Below are positions 7,821 to 12,194 of a DNA stretch of 12,194 bases, piece after piece; positions within the stretch are counted from its first letter, which is position 1; each line of letters begins with the position of its first letter. The notes under the pieces are model-generated. The model saw only the letters and a list, made by a program, of their open reading frames with translations, did not search any database and was not told where the DNA came from. Origin of the DNA: Campylobacterota bacterium. GTDB taxonomy: Bacteria > Campylobacterota > Campylobacteria > Campylobacterales > Sulfurovaceae. Both the position numbers and the translations under genes were made by a program. The stretch lies in assembly GCA_034722955.1 (NCBI GenBank), contig JAYEOM010000082.1, positions 1-12,194 on the forward strand, read 5' to 3'.

Positions 7821-8567
7821 ATGTTTTTACTCAAAAAATTTATCGCAGCCTTTCTTATGCCTCTACCAATCTTTATGATCTTGATGTTTATAGGATTGTA
7901 TCTACTCTACAAAAAAAAGAGTAGACAAGCGGTGACTCTCATCACAGCATCATTTTTGTGGATCTCTCTACTCTCATATGCTCCATTCTCTGCACTTCTT
8001 GCTTTGCCGTTGGAGAGTAGCTATAGTGCAGTAGATTTGGATGGTATAGATGCAGAGTATATCCATGTTTTAGGGACAGCACATGTCGCCAATCACTTGA
8101 TCCCTATCTCTTCACAGCTTGATACCAAGGGGCTTGTGCGTCTCAATGAGGGTGTATTGATCTACAAACAGAACAGTGGGATGAAGCTTATCTTTAGCGG
8201 ATATGGCAAAGATGAACCAGTATCCAATGCCAAAAAGAGTGCTATGATAGCAGTAGCTTTAGGTGTAGATAGAGATGATATCATACTCCTTGAAGAGCCT
8301 AGAGATACTGCCGAAGAGGCAAAAGCCCTCAAGGGCTTCATCAAAGAGGAGAGAGTAGTGCTTGTCACCTCTGCTACTCACATGGTACGAGCAGCAGCAC
8401 TATTTAGAAAAGCCGGCATAGATGTAATACCGGCTCCCACAGATTTCAAAGTCAAAAGAGAAGATGACCTGCTGGAGTTTCCAAGTGCAGAGGGGTTGAG
8501 TCGTTCAGAATCAGCATTTCATGAATATATAGGACTCCTATGGTCGAAACTGAGAGGAGATATATAG
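7821..8567 (+). CDS. elyC: Envelope biogenesis factor ElyC (YdcF/SanA/DUF218 family)
   Basis: ElyC-like N-terminus MFLLKKFIAAFLMPLP with two TM helices; IHVLG, RLNEG, LIFSG, PRDTAEEA, LVTSATHMVRA, IPAPTDF and FHEYIGLLW are DUF218/ElyC motifs. Confidence 0.88.
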   Translation: MFLLKKFIAAFLMPLPIFMILMFIGLYLLYKKKSRQAVTLITASFLWISLLSYAPFSALLALPLESSYSAVDLDGIDAEYIHVLGTAHVANHLIPISSQLDTKGLVRLNEGVLIYKQNSGMKLIFSGYGKDEPVSNAKKSAMIAVALGVDRDDIILLEEPRDTAEEAKALKGFIKEERVVLVTSATHMVRAAALFRKAGIDVIPAPTDFKVKREDDLLEFPSAEGLSRSESAFHEYIGLLWSKLRGDI

Positions 8568-8573
8568 TATGCC

Positions 8574-8688
8574 TAGGCAATGCCAATAGAATAATACAGC
8601 TACGGGTCTGGCGTTGAATATGTACTTTTTACTTTTGAATATCCATCGTGTGATCACGGCTGTTTCATTTGACAAATGTTGTTGCCTA
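8574..8688. mobile_element. Candidate MITE-like or structured non-coding element
   Basis: Terminal inverted repeat TAGGCAA (8574-8580) / TTGCCTA (8682-8688) and several internal palindromes. There is only one copy in the window, so mobility is unproven. Confidence 0.3.
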
Positions 8689-8743
8689 AAAAATAAAAGC
8701 ACATTCCCACCGAGGGAAGGGGAGCGAGATCAACTAAAAGTTG
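8688..8743 (-). terminator. Possible intrinsic terminator of the ATPase gene / degenerate REP-like hairpin
   Basis: Downstream of the TAA at 8754: hairpin CAACT-N3-AGTTG (8731-8743), hairpin TTCCC-N5-GGGAA (8704-8718), then TTTTATTTTTT on the minus strand. Confidence 0.45.
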
Positions 8744-8753
8744 TCTAATCTTT

Positions 8754-11453
8754 TTAGAGCCATTTGATACGGAAGATCTCTTTGAGACCTGAAAGTACAA
8801 ATGTTGGAAGTGCCGCAATAGCGATAACCATAACAAGGTGTTTAAGCGTAAGCGGTTCCGTACCAAATGCTACCGTTCCCAGACCCGAATAGATCAAGCC
8901 AATAGAGAGCAGAGCGGAGCCTGAGACTGCAGCCAAAAGATACTTGTTGCTCCATGGATTTCGGCGGTAGAGGGTACTGAATGTGCGAGCATCAAATATA
9001 TGGAAGATCTGTGCAAAGATCAATGTCATGAAAGCGATCGTCTGTGCATACGCTAATGTCGCTCCTTTATCAATGGCATACTGGAACATAAAGTAGGTTA
9101 TGAACCCAAGTATCAACCCACGCACTACGATTCTTGGAGCCAAATTGTCCGTAAAAAAACCTTCTGTCGAGGAGATGGGCTTGCGCTTCATGATCCCCTC
9201 TTCTTCATTGTCCACACCCAGTGCAAGAGATGGTATACCGTCACTAACAAGATTGACCCATAAGATCATCAACGGTGCAAGTGTAAGAAGCGGGTCATCT
9301 CCCATCAGTAAAAAAGCAAATAAGAGTGCCGATACTTCGCTGACATTTGCTGTCAATCCCTGTCGGATAAACTTTCTGAGATTGTCATAAATACGCCGCC
9401 CTTCTCTTACGGCTTTTACGATCGTTGAAAAATTATCATCGAGCAGCACAAGATCTGAAGCATCCTTGGCAACATCTGTTCCTGTGATTCCCATAGCTAC
9501 ACCGATATTGGCCGCACGAAGTGCAGGAGCATCGTTGACCCCATCGCCTGTCATTGCAACGACATCCCCTCTAGACTGCAGTGCATTCACAATGCGCAGT
9601 TTATGCTCCGGTGTTACGCGGGCAAAGACAACAGCATGCCCTGCTGCATCAATCAGCTCAGCCTCCGTCATCACTTCAACATCAGCACCGGTAAAGACTA
9701 GGTCGTCATCACTCCGTTTCATTCCGATCTGACGCGCTATAGCCTCTGCTGTTCCGGCATAGTCTCCCGTGATCATGATCGTGCGTATTCCCGCAGTGCG
9801 GCACTCTTCGATGGATGCGGGCACCTCCTTCTTTGGTGGATCCATGATCCCATGGATCCCAAGGAAAATAAAGCCCGCTTCATACTCCTCTTGCGTAAGT
9901 TCAAGATGGTCGGGTTCGATCGGCTTGTAAGCGACTGCCAATGTCCTTAAGGCTCGAGAAGAGAAGCGGTCAATCGCTTCATGGATATGCTCTTCTGTAT
10001 CATTGTCGATGGAAACAGCCTCTTTATGCAGATAGACCTTATCACTTCGTTGCAACAAAACATCAGGTGCTCCTTTGGCTATAACATAGTGTTGACCATC
10101 ACTTGTTTTTATAACAACGCTCATTAGTTTTCTAGTAGAATCAAATGGAAAACTGTGGATAAACTGGACACCATCATCCATGAGACCCTGCTTTGTGATA
10201 TTTGCCTTAGCTGCAACAACAGTCAGTGCTCCCTCTGTCGGCATCCCCTGTATAGTATGAACACCTTCTCGTTCAATCAAGAGAGCATCGTTACACCCTG
10301 CTGACATCTCTAGAAAATAACGAAGTTCATCAATATCATTTGGTTTAACTTTCTCGCCTGCTTCGTTTGTAAAGATGCCTGAGGGGTCATAGCCTTCACC
10401 GGTAATATCAAAGTAGTCGCCACCACTATAAATAGAGAGAACCTGCATCTTGTTTTGGGTCAATGTGCCTGTCTTGTCCGAACAGATAACTGAAGCAGAA
10501 CCAAGTGTTTCAACGGAGGCGAGTTTACGGACAAGTGCTTTATTGTGTACCATGCGTTTTGCACCCAGTGTCAAAACTATGGTGACAACAGTAGGAAGAC
10601 CTTCGGGGATCGCTGCAACGGTTAGGGATATTGCTATCTCGACGATCTCTGTCCACTCCATACCATCTTTGATTCCAATTCCAACGATGACAGCCACAAT
10701 GATAAATGCTGCGGCGATCAATATTTTCGAAAGTACATCAATACGCAGTTGCAGTGGAGTTTTACTCTCTTTTGTCTTCAAAAGCATATCAGCGATATGC
10801 CCCATCTGAGTCTGCATACCCGTAGCTGTTACAACCCCGACCCCATGTCCCGTTGAGATAATTGTTCCCATAAAAGCCATATTTAGCTGGTCGCCGAGTC
10901 CTACATCATCTTGGGCAATAGCCATCACCTCTTTTTCTACCGGCATCGATTCGCCTGTCAGAGCTGCTTCATCAATCTGAAGACCGGTCACTTCCAGCAG
11001 ACGAACATCAGCTGCGACGATGGTACCTGTATCAAGCTTTAGTATGTCTCCAGGAACAAGTGTAGATGCCGGCACTTTTCCCCACTCCCCGTTTCGCAGC
11101 ACTAATGCCATTGGTGCTGCCATATCACTTAGAGAATCCATCGATTTTTTCATATTAAGCTCTTGAGTAAAGCCGATCATAATGTTGATAAGCACAATGA
11201 CCATAATAGCAACCGTATCGACAGTATGTCCGATGTAGAGTGACATTAATGCACCGACTATAAGGATAATAATAAGTGGATTTTTAAATTGTCCCAGCAG
11301 TAGATGCAAAATAGAAGCCTTCTGCTCCTGTGCCAGCTCATTTTTGCCAAATTTTTTCAGGCGTTCATCAGTCCCAGCATCAGACAGCCCGGATTGTAGA
11401 TCTACTCCAAGCTCTTTTAGTGCTTCATCTGTTTTCAGTTTATACCATGTCAT
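8754..11453 (-). CDS. Cation-translocating P-type ATPase, P2A (Ca2+-ATPase-like) type
   Basis: Motifs LTGES, VAAIPEGLP, CSDKTGTLT, FPFDSTRK, KGAPD, MITGD, FARVTPEHK, TGDGVNDAPAL, M5 ANVSE and M6 ILWVNLVSDG. GAGGG RBS upstream. Confidence 0.95.
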   Translation of the reverse strand: MTWYKLKTDEALKELGVDLQSGLSDAGTDERLKKFGKNELAQEQKASILHLLLGQFKNPLIIILIVGALMSLYIGHTVDTVAIMVIVLINIMIGFTQELNMKKSMDSLSDMAAPMALVLRNGEWGKVPASTLVPGDILKLDTGTIVAADVRLLEVTGLQIDEAALTGESMPVEKEVMAIAQDDVGLGDQLNMAFMGTIISTGHGVGVVTATGMQTQMGHIADMLLKTKESKTPLQLRIDVLSKILIAAAFIIVAVIVGIGIKDGMEWTEIVEIAISLTVAAIPEGLPTVVTIVLTLGAKRMVHNKALVRKLASVETLGSASVICSDKTGTLTQNKMQVLSIYSGGDYFDITGEGYDPSGIFTNEAGEKVKPNDIDELRYFLEMSAGCNDALLIEREGVHTIQGMPTEGALTVVAAKANITKQGLMDDGVQFIHSFPFDSTRKLMSVVIKTSDGQHYVIAKGAPDVLLQRSDKVYLHKEAVSIDNDTEEHIHEAIDRFSSRALRTLAVAYKPIEPDHLELTQEEYEAGFIFLGIHGIMDPPKKEVPASIEECRTAGIRTIMITGDYAGTAEAIARQIGMKRSDDDLVFTGADVEVMTEAELIDAAGHAVVFARVTPEHKLRIVNALQSRGDVVAMTGDGVNDAPALRAANIGVAMGITGTDVAKDASDLVLLDDNFSTIVKAVREGRRIYDNLRKFIRQGLTANVSEVSALLFAFLLMGDDPLLTLAPLMILWVNLVSDGIPSLALGVDNEEEGIMKRKPISSTEGFFTDNLAPRIVVRGLILGFITYFMFQYAIDKGATLAYAQTIAFMTLIFAQIFHIFDARTFSTLYRRNPWSNKYLLAAVSGSALLSIGLIYSGLGTVAFGTEPLTLKHLVMVIAIAALPTFVLSGLKEIFRIKWL

Positions 11454-11583
11454 AACAATCCCTCTCTTTGTAGAAAACTCTTTATGGACAATTATATTTA
11501 AATATTCTGAATATACAACAAAATATATTGAGTTAGTAAGAGATTATCTTAATGTGACCATAAAGCAATACTTCCGAAAATCC

Positions 11584-12194
11584 TTATGTACGATACTCCG
11601 CATTGATCTTGACATACTCATAGCTGAGGTCACAGCCATAAGAGGTATAGGAGGCATCTCCTAGACCGATATCACAGGTGACTTTGAAACTCTCCTGCTT
11701 CATGATCTTGTAAGCTCTCTCTTCACGGTCTTCGTCCAGCTCTCTAAATTCATCAGAGTATATGAGAAGGTTATCGTAGTGAATAGTCAATCTCTTATCA
11801 TCGCAGGCGATACCGCTAGCTCCTATCGTTGAGGCGATGCGTCCCCAGTTTGGATCCTCTCCAAAGAGAGCCGTTTTGACCAGTAGGGAGTTGCTGAGGG
11901 CACGACTCGCTTTTTTGGCCTCCTCTATACTCTTGGCTCCTTTTACTTCAAAGGCGACGAGTTTATTTGCGCCCTCTCCATCTCTGAGGATCATCATGGA
12001 GAGTTCAAAAGTGATCTTCTGTAGAGCTTCACGAAATGCCTCTTGGTGATAAGTGCCACTCTTTTGATTGCTCATGAGTATGACTGTATCGTTAGTAGAT
12101 GTATCTCCATCTACTGAGATACGGTTGAAAGAGTCATCTACAGCCTCTTCTAAAACACTCTGCATCTCCTTGGCTGGTATAGCTGCATCGGTTG
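11584..12194 (-). CDS. argJ: Bifunctional glutamate N-acetyltransferase / amino-acid acetyltransferase ArgJ, 3' part (5' end outside the window)
   Basis: Motifs SFNRISVDGDTSTND, RDGEGANK, SLLVKTALFGEDPNWGRI and GCDLSYEYVKINAEYRT. The frame stays open upstream of the listed Met (TDAAIPAKE-MQS) to the window edge. Confidence 0.97.
   Translation of the reverse strand, partial: TDAAIPAKEMQSVLEEAVDDSFNRISVDGDTSTNDTVILMSNQKSGTYHQEAFREALQKITFELSMMILRDGEGANKLVAFEVKGAKSIEEAKKASRALSNSLLVKTALFGEDPNWGRIASTIGASGIACDDKRLTIHYDNLLIYSDEFRELDEDREERAYKIMKQESFKVTCDIGLGDASYTSYGCDLSYEYVKINAEYRT

Noticed and set aside
7911..7918. A8 tract in elyC as a phase-variation site
   Set aside because: It is short, in frame and encodes a Lys run after a TM helix. 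Phase variation in this group usually involves longer poly-G/C tracts.
8570..8690. Possible integron attC site
   Set aside because: The GCCTA/TAGGC ends are reminiscent, but the required RYYYAAC...GTTRRRY boxes are absent and there is no integrase or cassette array.
8654..8866. 70-aa minus-strand ORF overlapping the ATPase 3' end and the spacer
   Set aside because: It overlaps the ATPase out of frame, crosses hairpin/repeat DNA and has no recognisable protein features.
9100..12049. Plus-strand ORFs antisense to the ATPase and argJ, including 11344-11664
   Set aside because: These are antisense shadows of conserved genes with Ser/Thr-rich, non-protein-like composition.
1..12194. CRISPR array, tRNA/rRNA, transposase or integrase
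   Set aside because: No regularly spaced repeats, cloverleaf or rRNA-like segments, or recombinase ORFs were seen. Intergenic gaps are all under about 225 bp.

Overview
Bacterial chromosomal window, probably from a Campylobacterota (Sulfurovum/Sulfurimonas-like) genome; this is inferred from gene content and promoter/RBS style. From right to left: the 3' part of argJ (-); a stand-alone P2A-type (Ca2+-like) P-type ATPase (-); a 186-bp convergent spacer packed with palindromes (candidate MITE plus a degenerate REP-like hairpin); elyC/DUF218 (+); and, divergent from elyC, a translationally coupled minus-strand operon of a tandem-HTH MerR-family regulator, a tri-domain Aas (MFS + acyltransferase + acyl-ACP synthetase) and a DUF2339 polytopic membrane protein. 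That operon has a near-consensus sigma70 promoter overlapped by an operator-like repeat array. The AT-rich left end (1-870) is a separate accessory-looking operon: a 73-aa hypothetical protein, a YhcG/DUF1016 PD-(D/E)XK gene with an apparent large in-frame internal deletion, and an unlisted ORF running off the window. No CRISPR, rRNA, tRNA or transposase was seen. The best candidate for an undescribed system is the MerR-aas-DUF2339 / elyC envelope-lipid module, but its novelty is inference only.
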